Notes: generated from the letters alone by a model not told the origin. A DNA stretch of 64,000 nucleotides from Oopsacas minuta (GCA_024704765.1 JAKMXF010000044.1:620001-684000); one strand, 5' to 3'. Positions 47,155 through 60,600 are shown, counted from the first letter of the stretch. Translations and numbers: made by a program.

Positions 47155-47668
47155 TTATTTCTTTAACATCCCTTATATCGAAGGGTGTATAAAAGTCCTG
47201 TTTGGTTTACCGAGGTGGACTTTTGATTTACTCATGCGAATGCAAGTTTAAAGTAAATTGCCATAGTATAACTGTGACATTTGTTACGTATAACTGTGAC
47301 ATAACAATTAATCTTATCTTTTGAAACATTACAGGTTGTGATCTGCATGATTATTTTAAGTATACACGTGTCTTGTGACCATAATTATTGCGTTGATTGC
47401 GATTTTGTCATATCATAAATACTAAATCAATACAAATATACTTTTTGTTCAATCATGCTGAACCCTACCGTAATTTTAATTCAATGTTCTCAAATTACCA
47501 ACATATTTATGCTAAAATTCCAGAATTTGCATACTAACAAGTTTTGCTAACATTTGAAGATTGCGTAAACGCTTTCTATAGATGTATACACAGACATTAA
47601 TTAGTATAAAAGAAGAGGAATTATACTTACAATTATAAATATAACGATTCATAAATTGTCGATTATAA

Positions 47669-48697
47669 ATGTCTCAAATAACAACACCTGCTAATATGGA
47701 CGTATACGGAACATTGAATGAATATATAATTGATGTTAATGGAGTACAAACTACATTTCTTTTGAAGAATAACTATGTATCTCCGAGATACCTGGGAAGA
47801 GGCGGTCAGGGGAGAATAGTATGTGCATGGGATAATTTGAATAATATAAACGTAGCAATAAAACAAGTGCAATATACTACGAAATTAGAATTACTGGAAA
47901 TACAGGAAGAGATTTCGATACTCCAGTCCGTTAAACAGAAAAACAATATTTTTCTCCTGGACACTTACCACTCAGCGAACTGTTCAAACTCAGAAGGTTA
48001 CCTGTACTTAGTGATGGAGTTAATGGATGGAGATCTGCATTGTATAAGAAATAAACTAGACCATAAAAAGCTGTCATTCTTACTCTATCAACTAATCACT
48101 GGGGTAAACTATCTACATTCTAAAGGGATTATACACCGAGACATTAAGCCACATAATGTAGGTGTGTCCAGAGACGGCTCACTCAAGATACTAGATTTCG
48201 GTCTCAGCTGTCGTATCGATTTGAATACAATTCTTGAACCGACTCGTGTTGGGACTCTTCACTACAAAGCTCCAGAAATGCTCCTTGGTAATATGTACAA
48301 TCAGTCAGCTGATATGTGGGCAGTAGGATGTGTCGCAGCTGAGCTGATTCTCAAAGACACATTGTTTTCAGGTATAAATGAAAGTAATCAACTTGAGACA
48401 ATTTGTCAGACTCTGGGACAACCTGATTATGAATTCTTGCAACAACTCGACATCCTACAAAGAACTCAATTGAATTACTATACTCTAGATGTTGAAGAGA
48501 GAGTTCAAGATTTCAATATTCCTGATGAACTATTTGTCCACAACACGAGACATGATATGGAATGCACTGAACAATTCCGTGATCTACTCAACAAACTCCT
48601 AGAGTTTGATTCTAATAAGAGACTGTCATCAGAGGAAGCACTGAACCATCCTTATTTCAACAGATTCTCACACAGACTTACCTCTCGTAATATCTGA
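47669..48697 (+). CDS. Divergent JNK/SAPK-like Ser/Thr kinase lacking the TxY motif
   Basis: [55 protein letters not shown] and EEALNHPYF are JNK-like; the activation segment reads [15 protein letters not shown]. Confidence 0.85.
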   Translation: MSQITTPANMDVYGTLNEYIIDVNGVQTTFLLKNNYVSPRYLGRGGQGRIVCAWDNLNNINVAIKQVQYTTKLELLEIQEEISILQSVKQKNNIFLLDTYHSANCSNSEGYLYLVMELMDGDLHCIRNKLDHKKLSFLLYQLITGVNYLHSKGIIHRDIKPHNVGVSRDGSLKILDFGLSCRIDLNTILEPTRVGTLHYKAPEMLLGNMYNQSADMWAVGCVAAELILKDTLFSGINESNQLETICQTLGQPDYEFLQQLDILQRTQLNYYTLDVEERVQDFNIPDELFVHNTRHDMECTEQFRDLLNKLLEFDSNKRLSSEEALNHPYFNRFSHRLTSRNI

Positions 48698-48908
48698 ATA
48701 ATGCAAATATAATCTTATATACCTTGCTGATTCATCAAGAAATGTTCGAATGTACTAATTTTATTCTTTATTAATTTAATTAATTATGACGTCAGGGATA
48801 AACAATTAATGTAATTATAAATTTTTCTGTTTTCAGTATAAGATTAAAGATATTGCAATATTATTTTATGTAGAAATATGTAGTGACTGGTTGTAGAGAT
48901 TCTACCGA

Positions 48909-48932
48909 TGTGTGTGTGTGTGTGTGTGTGTG
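48909..48932. repeat. (TG)12 microsatellite
   Basis: Direct reading of the sequence. Confidence 0.95.
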
Positions 48933-49421
48933 CTTGATTTGTTATTTTCTTTCTAGTTTGAGACAATGCAGAAGGGACAAGTGTCATTCAGAGGACATAG
49001 TCCATTTGCTTTCGTATTTGATATATCTATAGCCAAATCGAAAGAAATATTCTAATATTTTGTTTACAGCAAAACTTATTTGAGTGAACATATACGTCTA
49101 TGTGTTACGAGTATTATATTACATTAAATACAATCGTTTACATTAAGAGGTGGACTTAAATACTATTTGAATTAATAATAGAGACTTAATAGAGACCCCA
49201 CCTTACCTAACTCCTCCTATTAATTGATATACTGTTATTATCTAGTAAATTCCACTCCCAATGATCCACCCACGAGCTACTTTGCCATACAACTGCAGTT
49301 CCACTATTGAAGCCATCCCATTGGTACATATTAATATAGTGACATCATTCAACACAGGAATTTAATTACAAAATATTCTTGGATGGAAACATAATCTAGA
49401 ACTACTATATGTAATTCATTC

Positions 49422-51572
49422 TTAGTTCAAGAAATGTAACTTTAGTTTCCTGACCTCTACCATCAGCTGATGGATACTTAGGAGATCGGCTTTAAGATGT
49501 AAAGACTTGAAAGGAGGGTTACTCATCAGTTTATGAAATCTGTTATAATAATGTAACATCTGACTCAAAATTTCCTGGAAGATAGCACCTCCTCCTCTGA
49601 AGTTACTGAACGATTGTAAGACATCTTTTGAAATATTATCCACTATCTTTTTCCAGTTTTGTGCAAAATTCTTAGCAATTTTTCTGATATTAGCCTCGTA
49701 AATACTCAACTTATCTAAATTTCCCTCTTCTACTAGAGGTTCAGCTTCCTTAACGAACATAATCATATCCTTAAAAGAGGTTTGTAGTGTGTGCTCTACA
49801 TATTCTAGTGTATTCTTATCCAGGAGGATTTGAAAGCCCTGTACATCCCCAGAACTAGCACCAACTTCAGCTACACCTCTCTCATTCAGTACTGATAACA
49901 TCATGTCATAATTGTTAATCAGGAATACAAGTTGATCTTTCTTAGTTAGAAATTCAGCAGCTAGTTGTAGGATAAAGTTCTGTAACACATATTGCAGATC
50001 GCAGAGAGCTGAATCCACACGAGCATCAGGATGATTGCTATTTATACTAACAATAGCAGCAGAGAACTCAGCGTATCTCCTGGTGACGTAATGCGGACGT
50101 GTGTCGAAATGACTCAGCTTCTGAGGATCTGCATTCTTAACACTGTTTACATTTAACTCAATGATTGTTAGGAATCTCGGCCATAACACCTCTAGCAGTC
50201 TAAACCAGTATATACCCAGAGCTTGTACTCCTCTCTTCTCCATCATACTGTTATATCTGTGTATTAAGTTTATACATAGCAATATTCCTATACTGTCGTA
50301 ACTAGCATTCACACATGATTCCACGTTGTTGTTAAGGAAGTTGAGTGTCCGATCAAATATAGAATTGAATAGCTCTTGAGTGCCCTTACCCAGCTGGAAG
50401 AAGTCCTGGAGAAATAGGTATTCACGACAACAGGTATCAGTCAGGGTATAGTGGATAGTTCTGAATAGAGCCTCGTACGTAAATCTTCTCTGCTGTGCGT
50501 GAGGAAGTATCATGGGGTCTTCAAACTTAGTCGTGAGTATCTCATCCCTGGTTCCTAATGTGAAAATCGTACTTTTGTTAGTCAAAAGGTGCTTATTCGA
50601 TCCGAACAGATTGGATGCTCTCCTGCCTCCAGTCTCCTCTCCAGCTATTACGTCATCCTTTGTAGATTTCTCCTCGAATTCTAGTTTTTGTATTTTGGAA
50701 TAATAATCCTTGAAATATGAGAAGTGCACCTTCCCTACAGTCCCTATATACTCCTCTCTCACCTGTAGTGCTGTATCTCTGGAGTGCGCCATTAAAAACT
50801 CGTTAAAGTTTTTGAATGTTATCAATGTGTTTTGAGGAAATTGGTAGTTGGTCATTGGCTTACGGAATTGATATATTTTATCGAAAATGCTCTCTCGAAT
50901 TTTGTTGACTGCTTTTAGTCTCAGTTTCTCCACGACATTACGTATATCACAAGCTGCAAGAGCTCCTAAAAACTCTAACTCTTTGAGATAGTCAATTTTA
51001 TTAGATAAGTCTACGAGTGAGTCTGAAAAGGCTTGTTCTTGTACAGAAGTTTCTATTATATGTTTAATCATCTGTTCTGGTACAGCTAGCTTCTCCACTA
51101 CTAGCTCCAGCTCACTAGCTACCTCCTGTCTGTTCTTAAGCTTCTGACTCATACTAGTAGAAGCTTCCTGCAGGTAGTCTATCTCTGAGCTGATACTGCT
51201 TAGGTTTAATTGGAATGTTGATAGCATTTGTTCCATGTTCTTTAACACGTCATCACAACCACATATTTCTAGATAGAGTCTTGCCATCTTAACTCCTTCT
51301 TTTGTGTACTGAGTTAGAGTTTGGTTCTCCTCTCTATGGAGATCTCTCTTAATCTGAGAGGCATACTCTCTCAAATCCATTCCCTGTGTTACAGCCTGTT
51401 GAATCAGACTATCATCCATATGTTTCTCCATGAACTCTGCTGCTTGCTCTAGAACCTCATCTCCTTGTGAGGTTATGTCGATACCATCCAAATCCTGTCC
51501 CAAAGCAGCGAGGATATCGTCTGGATCCTCTCCCTCGCCTCCGACCTCAAGGTCAAGCCTTTCCACAGACAT
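49422..51572 (-). CDS. VPS52: Vacuolar protein sorting 52 (GARP/EARP subunit), intronless
   Basis: GMDLREYASQI, QLNLSSISSEI, DTRPHYVTRRYAEFSAA, FLINNYDMML and NFRGGGAIFQ match VPS52. Confidence 0.92.
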   Translation of the reverse strand: MSVERLDLEVGGEGEDPDDILAALGQDLDGIDITSQGDEVLEQAAEFMEKHMDDSLIQQAVTQGMDLREYASQIKRDLHREENQTLTQYTKEGVKMARLYLEICGCDDVLKNMEQMLSTFQLNLSSISSEIDYLQEASTSMSQKLKNRQEVASELELVVEKLAVPEQMIKHIIETSVQEQAFSDSLVDLSNKIDYLKELEFLGALAACDIRNVVEKLRLKAVNKIRESIFDKIYQFRKPMTNYQFPQNTLITFKNFNEFLMAHSRDTALQVREEYIGTVGKVHFSYFKDYYSKIQKLEFEEKSTKDDVIAGEETGGRRASNLFGSNKHLLTNKSTIFTLGTRDEILTTKFEDPMILPHAQQRRFTYEALFRTIHYTLTDTCCREYLFLQDFFQLGKGTQELFNSIFDRTLNFLNNNVESCVNASYDSIGILLCINLIHRYNSMMEKRGVQALGIYWFRLLEVLWPRFLTIIELNVNSVKNADPQKLSHFDTRPHYVTRRYAEFSAAIVSINSNHPDARVDSALCDLQYVLQNFILQLAAEFLTKKDQLVFLINNYDMMLSVLNERGVAEVGASSGDVQGFQILLDKNTLEYVEHTLQTSFKDMIMFVKEAEPLVEEGNLDKLSIYEANIRKIAKNFAQNWKKIVDNISKDVLQSFSNFRGGGAIFQEILSQMLHYYNRFHKLMSNPPFKSLHLKADLLSIHQLMVEVRKLKLHFLN

Positions 51573-51871
51573 ATTAGGAACAGGAAATGACCAGAAATAC
51601 CCTAATTAACACAAGAGTTTGCTAATTCATAATGTGTGATTAAATAGTCTAAATCTGGGGGAAATGTTAAGGAAGCTAAACATAAATGTTAGTATCGTAA
51701 ATTTGTAATATTTAGAAAAGGTGCAGACAATTGACTACACATAATAGTATCACATCTGGACCAGACCGTATTGATCTGATTAAGCGGAGTCAGTTAATAC
51801 TATTTGTATTGTTCTTTTTCTGATTTCGTGATCAGATTATCCAGATTGACTCAATAATTTCATATATTTAA

Positions 51872-52736
51872 AAGTACTTAGCGCATCCGCTGAGATTAAT
51901 GGCAATAGATACACATTTGTAAATAATTATGAATTAATTCAGTCATATTCTGTATTATTATATAATTATTAGTTATCAGTTAGTGTTTACATTTTATGTT
52001 CTATTAACACCAGAGAATTTGATATTTGGAATGATGTATTCTCTCTGAGAGCCTTCTACTCGGTTTCAACTCGATGGCTAACTCAAATCTAGTTTGTTGA
52101 CGTATGATAGTTTAAAAACATCAAATAACATCTCAATGCACAGTGGTATAATTGGAGACATCACTTTTCAAACCGTAACTCAATGAATTCAGAAATATTA
52201 GTGGATTAGTTTAGGGTTGAATTCCTAATTAGACACGTTTCTTGGATATCTTACGATCCAGTGACACCTTTAATGTAAATACAAACAGTTCTTGATTCTA
52301 ATGAAGCTAAAGTTACCAAATGCCTAATATTACTCAAGGAACTCCTTTTAAAAGTTAAGTTGACATGAAACGTGTCTAATTAGGAATTCAACCCTAAACT
52401 AATCCACTAATATTTCTGAATTCATTGAGTTACGGTTTGAAAAGTGATGTCTCCAATTATACCACTGTGCATTGAGATGTTATTTGATGTTTTTAAACTA
52501 TCATACGTCAACAAACTAGATTTGAGTTAGCCATCGAGTTGAAACCGAGTAGAAGGCTCTCAGAGAGAATACATCATTCCAAATATCAAATTCTCTGGCG
52601 TTAATAGAACATAAAATGTAAACACTAACTGATAACTAATAATTATATAATAATACAGAATATGACTGAATTAATTCATAATTATTTACAAATGTGTATC
52701 TATTGCCATTAATCTCAGCGGATGCGTTAAGTACTT
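51872..52736. mobile_element. Kolobok-like non-autonomous element with 370-bp TIRs
   Basis: Arms 51872-52241 and 52367-52736 are reverse complements (two mismatches noticed), with a 125-bp spacer. TTAA on both sides (51868-71, 52737-40); the terminus begins AAG (RR). Confidence 0.8.
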
Positions 52737-53912
52737 TTAAATACCTCCAATAAATCGGTATCTAAATTTCCAATAACCTACAATAGAATAAGCCATTTCC
52801 TTAATTTTACGGTGATCTCTTTCCAAAATGGTTATTACAGCCAATTGTTTGTTGAGGTTTGGTTCAATCAAAATATACTAATCAATACTATATAACATTC
52901 AAATTAATATTTGCTGAATAGTATTGCATCTGTTTGTTCCCACTTAGAGCCTAGCCCCTTGACGCCTTAGTGCCTAAATTCTAAAGTAGCACACAACAAA
53001 TAAATTCTCCAGTAGAACTCAGATAATATGTAATCATTGCGGTCAATAGTACTAATTAGGTGCTTATAAATATTTTAGCTTACGTAATACTTAAGTAATT
53101 AAAGTATTAAATAATAAAAAGTAAAATTCAAATAAAATTCAAGAAAATACAAAATTTTCATTATAAATATGAGGTAATTATAAAGATTGTGGTTATATTT
53201 TGCGTTCGCGATTAATACTATAACTTCCTAAAAGTTTAGGTTTATCTGAGTGTCCAGAGAATTCTTGTAATAATTATTGGCAGTTAGGAGTTACAATTTA
53301 TTGCATTATTAATATTTATAGACTACTTATATAATTACTAGCCGCACCAATAACTCTCCATATGCTCGTCATACCGTTTTACGGTTTATTGCAAAATATA
53401 GACAAGTAAGGATAATAGATTATGAAAAATATGACTCTAACATAACATAACATAGAGTGGATAATTTGCATAATTTACTAGGATAAATTAAAATTAAAAT
53501 TTCGTAATACAAGTTATTGCTACAAATACTGGTCACTTGGGGTGTATGGTTTAGTGACCATTTTAGCCTGTCGAAACGAGCGTCGTTAAGTCCAAAGTTC
53601 ACTGGGTTCACGAACGTTGTATGAGCTTACGAAAATATAATATTTTTCTAGTGTATTATTTCAATGCTATCAACTAATCCAAACAGCTTCCTTTGCAATA
53701 GGAACACTGATTAGGTAGTGAGGGTCTACTGTAGGCACATTAATTTGATACAAAATATACTTGCTTGTGTCAGAAAGTTCTAGTGTGTGTGTTTGTCAGA
53801 CAGATTTATTCATTTATCCGACTACATATTCTATATATAGGCATTTGTTCGATTCATCTGAAATCTATAGTAATCAAAGGTAGTTATTAAACTTTTTGAA
53901 AGCTCCAAATTA

Positions 53913-53993
53913 CCGTATTTCCCCGAATAAGCGCCGGGGGTTTCATGTGCACGAAAAAAATTAGCGCCGGGACGCTAATTCGGGGAAATACGG
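53913..53993. mobile_element. 81-bp pogo/Tc1-mariner-type MITE
   Basis: CCGTATTTCCCCGAAT / ATTCGGGGAAATACGG TIRs with TA on both sides. Confidence 0.85.
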
Positions 53994-54217
53994 TAAGATG
54001 AATTTAGATATAAATAGTGGCACCCTCGTATATTCAATATCTGTGATCAGCTGAGCAGTAGGGAGCGGGGCAGCTAGGATTGCTGAGGCCGTCCCTACGT
54101 TTCAGTGTATACCAAAGACCAGTCAGTAGTTCCAATTAGAAGTAAGCTAAACTTAACGTACATAGATTGAATTATGAAAGTACTGAATACATTATCTACT
54201 TATCAACTTATCCATGG

Positions 54218-54724
54218 TTATTCCTGTTCTAGTTCAATCAGAACTCCACCACAATCCTTAGGGTGTAGGAAAATAACAAGTTTATTATGAGCACCGATTT
54301 TTGGCTCCTTGGTTAATGTTCGCACTTTTCCACTGAGACTAATGATAGCTTGTTTAATGTTGTGAACTTCAATACAAATGTGGTGCATCCCTCCTTCAGG
54401 CTTCTTCTTCAAGAATGATTCAATTGGACTCTTCTCTCCGAGAGGGTGGAGTAATTCCAGTTTTGTGTTCCCTAGGTTAATGAATACAGTGGAAACTCCG
54501 TGTTCCGGTATTGGTACAATCTCACTTACATAGGCTCCTAATATCTCTTTATAAAACTGAATTGCTTCATCTAGAGAGGGAACAGCTATAGCAATGTGAT
54601 TCAGCTTTCCCAGTTTCCAAACGTTTCCAGATACTGCGTTAGTGTTAAAAGCTGATATACGAAATGATTTGTTATTTCTGATAAATCTTGAAATTGTAAA
54701 GAGCTGTCTTATTAGAAAAGACAT
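54218..54724 (-). CDS. MCEE: Methylmalonyl-CoA epimerase, mitochondrial
   Basis: Arg/Ser-rich presequence; LNHIAIAVP, KLELLHP, GGMHHICIEV and FLHPKDCGGVLIELEQ. Confidence 0.95.
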   Translation of the reverse strand: MSFLIRQLFTISRFIRNNKSFRISAFNTNAVSGNVWKLGKLNHIAIAVPSLDEAIQFYKEILGAYVSEIVPIPEHGVSTVFINLGNTKLELLHPLGEKSPIESFLKKKPEGGMHHICIEVHNIKQAIISLSGKVRTLTKEPKIGAHNKLVIFLHPKDCGGVLIELEQE

Positions 54725-56854
54725 TTTTGGCTATTTTCTGTATTGTAAAATATTTGAAATTGAATTATCCCATCTTCATATTATCTACCTCTGACGAGTT
54801 TGAATTAGAGGCAAAAGGTGTGAAAATATGATTAATTATCTAATATATACGTATTTATATATTCTATAGTATATGTATATACAATTACATTATTGAGTAC
54901 AATAGTTAGGATATAATCCATACTAATTAATTAAAACAGACACCTGGCAGCCAAGAGCATACAAGTTAGGCATGAAGAACGAACTCACAATCTTCTAAGA
55001 ACTGTTTGGCTGCATTCACTGTATCTCTCCGCTCATTTCACCCAAACCACCTCAAACGAATACGAATATCTAGGGTAGTGCATCCATCGCAAACGACAGC
55101 AATCAAAAAACTCGTTAAATGCATTATATTTGTACCTGAAGAATATTCAATAATATTTTAGTTGTAGACATGATAATGATATTGAGGTGGTTGTAACTTT
55201 TCCTGTCTCTACAAATAACAACAACTTTGTATTTTAAATACAAATAAACTATGTATATAAATATAATACCTTTTCTATTCACGAATTATTCATTTTATGT
55301 CTGTATTGTTTACTATTAGGAAAGCAGTCTTCATATCTCAATTCTTCTTGGAAGATACAGACATTCTCAACCAATTTCTAGCAACAAATTTTCCCTTAGC
55401 TCGACATATTTTCTTGAAACAATTCTAGCTCCACTGCCATTATACATACAAACTTAAGGGCATATACAGCTAATAAAGTGGGTCGATGGAATTCATTTTC
55501 TTCACCATAAGCACCAAAGTAGTCTAAGTAGTCACAGTCACTTCAGCAAGTTAATGTAATAACAAAATGGTAAACCACCAGTTGACCACTATTGGGGGAT
55601 GAAAGTACCAATCTATGGGGACGAGATAATAAATTATATTTAATATACCAACAATACTTATCAGACAGAGACAGAAAGACGATTTCGTATTTACCGCCAT
55701 CTGCAAAACTACATTTTGCAGTACATTATTTACCCAATTTAGGATCGCTGCATCATTACTCATTAGCCAACATGTGCATGTTATAACAAAAGTTTAATTA
55801 GGCTATAAGACCTCAAAGTAAACAATCTTCTTAGCAGTTGATTTGTTTGAAGAATATCTCCGTGCCTCTTTAATTGTATTTATTCATAACAGTACACCTT
55901 GCATAATCCGCTCGTTGGAATAGGAAAATATCGGTTTAGCTGATTTTAGAATTATAGATGTAGAGTGGTCAGACTTTGCAGGTGTTGTAGGGAGGATCCA
56001 ACTTAGAATAAAGGGAGAGTCCTGGTGTCCTGAGATGGTGACGGTATCTCTCTCCAAAGCTCTTATCACATAATAGCATACGTCACTCACAAATATTTAG
56101 ACATGTGCTTTTGAGATACCTGTCCATCATTATACCATGTCATACAGGCTGGATTTAACAGGCTATCCCGCTATGAATGCGTAGATGTATAAAATACACA
56201 CACATATATATTAGGATAGGAAGTAGAGAAACGAATAAGAAGAGATATATAGTTTTACAAAAAAATCACCTCTTATTTTTCGTCAATTGAAGATCAGCTG
56301 TATACTTGTTTTGTAATTGAGAGTAGTACAAATAGCAATTTACCCAAAGTATTGCTAAAATAAAACACGAATATTAATGTAAACTTTATGGCGGCATTAT
56401 TTAATGATCAACTAAGTATGATGTCACCGGCTACTGCGGCTAGAGCATCAGCTTTCAAAGTATGGTGATATGTAAAAGTCAATAAAATGAAATGTGTTTG
56501 TAGTATTTTAGACCAAGAATGTCCGAATATCACATGATTAAAATTAAATATTTCATATTAATAGTAGCACCATTAAGAAGGTAATAAGTGAAGATTTGTT
56601 CCTAGAAACAGTCCTAAACCTAGTTCTTCAAGCTGAGTACGCATGAGTTATGTGATCTGTTCATATTCTTCTTCTCAATTTCTCTGACACTAAATAGGCA
56701 CTTTTTCTGAGTATAATGAAAAAGTACGCAATAAAATAACATTATATTACAGTTGTTTACAAGTTAGCAATAAAAGCTTAATATTAATAAATACAATTAT
56801 TCCTACGTTCAAAGAGACTTCTTACAAAGGAACAATACCATTGAGAGGTACAGA

Positions 56855-57682
56855 TTAATGGGGTGGGTGCTTCTGGCGATATTTTTCTAATTCTGATCTG
56901 AGAGAGATGTTCTCATTTTGTAGTTCTGTGAGTAATCCAATTAGGTTCCGAATTCTGTCATTCAAACTCTGTGTTTCTTGCTGGAACATGAATTGTAGAC
57001 TCTGTACCACACCCTGCTTATAGATATCCCAGGAATCTTTAAAAATAGAATTGATCTTGTTCTCGATAGGGAGTACAGCACTGTTTACAGCGTGGTTGAT
57101 TACTAAGTTGTTAACTTTACTGGCGTGTACTGGGATTGGCTGTTCGGGAAGTGGAGATGGAGATGGATGAGGACCTGGTTTGCAATTGAGCTCGTCGAGT
57201 GGATCAGGAACCTGAGAAGGAACCATGACTACTGGGCTAGGATGAGAATTAACACTCTTCCCGCAAACTGGCTGACTTGTCTTCACATCGTTTCCATGTT
57301 CTCTACCTTCGTTCTTAATCTCTTTCGTATCTTTACATATCCAACGCCCCTTGTTGTTAAAAAATTTGTATTCCTTGGGTTTCACAATTTTAGAGTTTGA
57401 TATAATATGATTTCCATTATGGATTATTTCTTTTTCTTTACCATTTATTCCATTACTTAGCTTCAATTCTTTGTTTGCTAGTGAGTTCTGAATTTGAGAG
57501 TTTGTTACTATCTCCCCGTTGTGATTCTGCATTTTCTGGTCCTGTGAAATACATTCGATTGGTTCGTTGGCTAGGGTATCGCATTCTAAAGATGGGTCAT
57601 TTGAGCCTTCATTCTTCGCCCTAAATTTAATAATTTCTACATGCATTCTCTTTTCTCCAGATTCTTTCATTTCGCTTGACAT
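56855..57682 (-). CDS. Hypothetical 275-aa protein, Pro-rich middle and C-terminal coiled coil
   Basis: Long ORF in AT-rich DNA with protein-like composition; no family recognised. Confidence 0.55.
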   Translation of the reverse strand: MSSEMKESGEKRMHVEIIKFRAKNEGSNDPSLECDTLANEPIECISQDQKMQNHNGEIVTNSQIQNSLANKELKLSNGINGKEKEIIHNGNHIISNSKIVKPKEYKFFNNKGRWICKDTKEIKNEGREHGNDVKTSQPVCGKSVNSHPSPVVMVPSQVPDPLDELNCKPGPHPSPSPLPEQPIPVHASKVNNLVINHAVNSAVLPIENKINSIFKDSWDIYKQGVVQSLQFMFQQETQSLNDRIRNLIGLLTELQNENISLRSELEKYRQKHPPH

Positions 57683-60600
57683 TCTTTGTTTTCAGAAGTG
57701 AATTAAGCTTGAATCCTTGCGTTTTCTGAATTCTTTAGAACAAAATACTCAAAATAGGAAGAGGAATTCTACGTTTTCCCTCAAATCAGTGCAACTACCG
57801 AATGACAAAGCTTGCTAAATCGCTGTCCAATATTGAATTATTATTGCCATACCTAAATACAAGGCTATATTGCTTTCTGTAAATACTTCTCGTAACTCTA
57901 GCAGTTAGCCTACTATACTCTTGGTAGGGTTAAATTCAACATGGCTATCCTATAAAGATATTTAAAGCAGTACTATCGCAGCTATGGCATAATTAAATTA
58001 TTATTCAGCCAACTCATACAAACCAGAATTTGTTCTGACGAAACGGACATATTGTAGAACTATCCATGTGGGTATTAATTACAGGGTAATTAATATACTA
58101 TACTAATCAATGGGATGATCAAAGCACCACGCTCTCCTCAGGATCATGTTTGTGAGTATTTTTCAAGACTGAGATTATTAATATACAACGCAAATAGGTG
58201 AACTGGCATAATAACTTAGATTATTAAACAACCAATTTCCAGCTATTATTTTTCAAGGATCGAACACAATTTTATATAATAAAACATGCAAATTTTTAGA
58301 GCTGAGGCCTGAGACGAATGTTCAGAATCGTATGGAAGGAATCTTTTGTTAACGAAAATAGAGTTAGGGTTATTCGTTTATTTAACACCTACAACGCAAA
58401 ATCTGATCAAAATCCAAGATTACAATTTATAGTTACTCATTTCCAATAAATGGCGAGAATAATGAATTTTATGAATAAGTATTGAAAGGAAGCTGGAGTG
58501 TCTCGGGAGAAGCATCGCCAATTCCCTTCTCTCTCTACAGTAGATAGAAACCTGCAATTTCCAATATCTACCGTCTTTCTTCTAGAATTAAGGATTACAT
58601 ACTAAACCACGCTAAAATCTCCAAGATATTACCCATTATAGTAAGAATTTAAAATTTAATGTATAAATACATTCCTACACTACTGCTAGAGAAATGATGA
58701 GAGAAAATTCTTGAATATATTAATTATTAGTACAAAGTTTAATTGAGACTAAACTAAATACGTAAAACATACTGTTATCACCATGAGAAATCAATACATA
58801 TAACGACAACACTGAGTATATTTATTTCAAACAGGCTCATAGTTGTTCTACGAAATGTAATATATTCCGCAGGATACGTGGAATCAATAGAAGCTAATTT
58901 ATTAAAATTTTGTTGAATCAAAATATTCAAAATTTAAATAATTCGCTTACTTTTTATGATCTTTTCAGTTACGAACGATTGTGAAGCAATTTAATACATT
59001 TACTTAATGCCATGTTATAAAAGTCATAAGTCTAGTTATTTTGAATAGTATTAATTAATGGATCATACATGACGTATAAAACATGATCACTTAAGTAATG
59101 TACTAATATGTCAACACCAGCAAAAATGCTCTACGCATATACGCCTCGGGTTCTGAAAAGTCGACCCGATTCCTACTCTGGCCCACTGAACACGCCTGAC
59201 CAATTTTAATTTTCCGCCTGGCTTGATATGTTAAATTCCATAGTACATGAAATTAATACCTACTTTTGTACATATAATTGGTGACTTTATTATTGCCATA
59301 TCGTCTGTGATAACATATTTAGGAATGCAATGGTTAGATAACAGATGTCATTTACAAGCATTAATTACTACTTGTTCTTTATATTGTCATATAATTACGT
59401 GATAAATGCATAAGCAAACACTCTCCTACTAAGCGACGTATACGCTAGATTTTGTCGAATTAAATGATTACCAAAGATTGTTATAGAAGAGCAAATATTC
59501 TACGTAATTGTGGCGAAAATAGCTTGTAGATTAAATTATACATACATTACGTGTATAAGTACTACGTAGTTCGATTAATTGGTATGTATGTGTTATAATC
59601 CAGATTGGATGAGGATGGTTTACAGTAATTTAGTAAATTTACTCTGACTTCCCAATCAACGTCCTTGATTGGTGCTTGTTAGTCTAATCAAATTAATTAA
59701 CAAAATATACACACAGTTGTTATTTACTATCCCAACAAACCTTCAAGAGAAACCTGTTAGAGATCAGGAATTAGAGATAGAATATGTCAACAGGAGGGGA
59801 TGGAAGTTCCAGGACTGGATTCAGCTAGCCGGTTAGCCGGTTAACCGCCGCTATATTCAGTTAACTGCTAGGACAAAATATATTCGGTTTAGCGAATAGC
59901 ATCATTTCTAACAATTTATTATTAATTCCTATGGTTTCAAGTGGTAAGAAAATATATATACACGAATTCTGCTAGTTAGGTATTTTTGAGATGTTCCTTT
60001 TTGGGCCAGTATTACTTAATTTTAATAGTATTTTAGTTGATACAATCGCATCACGATTGTATATATAATACCCATGTATTGATATTTTCAATTTTAATTA
60101 CAAAACTTCATTAATTGTACTTGTATTAAAGAATACTTGCCAGTTAATTAACCGCTATTACCGAAAGGTTTTAACCACTGCCTTAATTCGGGTAACCAAC
60201 CCCAGCTTAGAAGTTCATTCAAGATAACTGATGTTATTTACTTTGTATAATTTATTATTTACTAATATTAGTTGCGTATGATCTGAAGAGTTGTCCCAAT
60301 TAGCGAAGTGGCCTATATTAGGTCACTGTTAGTTGGAAATATGTCTCAGCTCCACTGCCAGCATCAAATTTGGCTACCGCACGAATGTTGTCATACCATT
60401 TACTCAATGTAATTCAGCTACAGAGTGTATAAACTAGCTAATAGTACAATGTAGATGACTTATAGGCATCGTAAACCACCCGGGCACCCGGACTCTGCAT
60501 ACCCAGCTCCCACAACTCCAAATAATGTTAAATCACGTCCCGATTTGCCCAAAGAGCTAGAGAAGATTACGACCCCCATGAGATGACTTTTTCTTCGTTT

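Noticed and set aside
54940-56150. Coding-like minus-strand stretches between MCEE and the 275-aa ORF
   Set aside because: Frames are interrupted by many stops and I recognise no family; possibly a decayed gene. A translated search would be needed.
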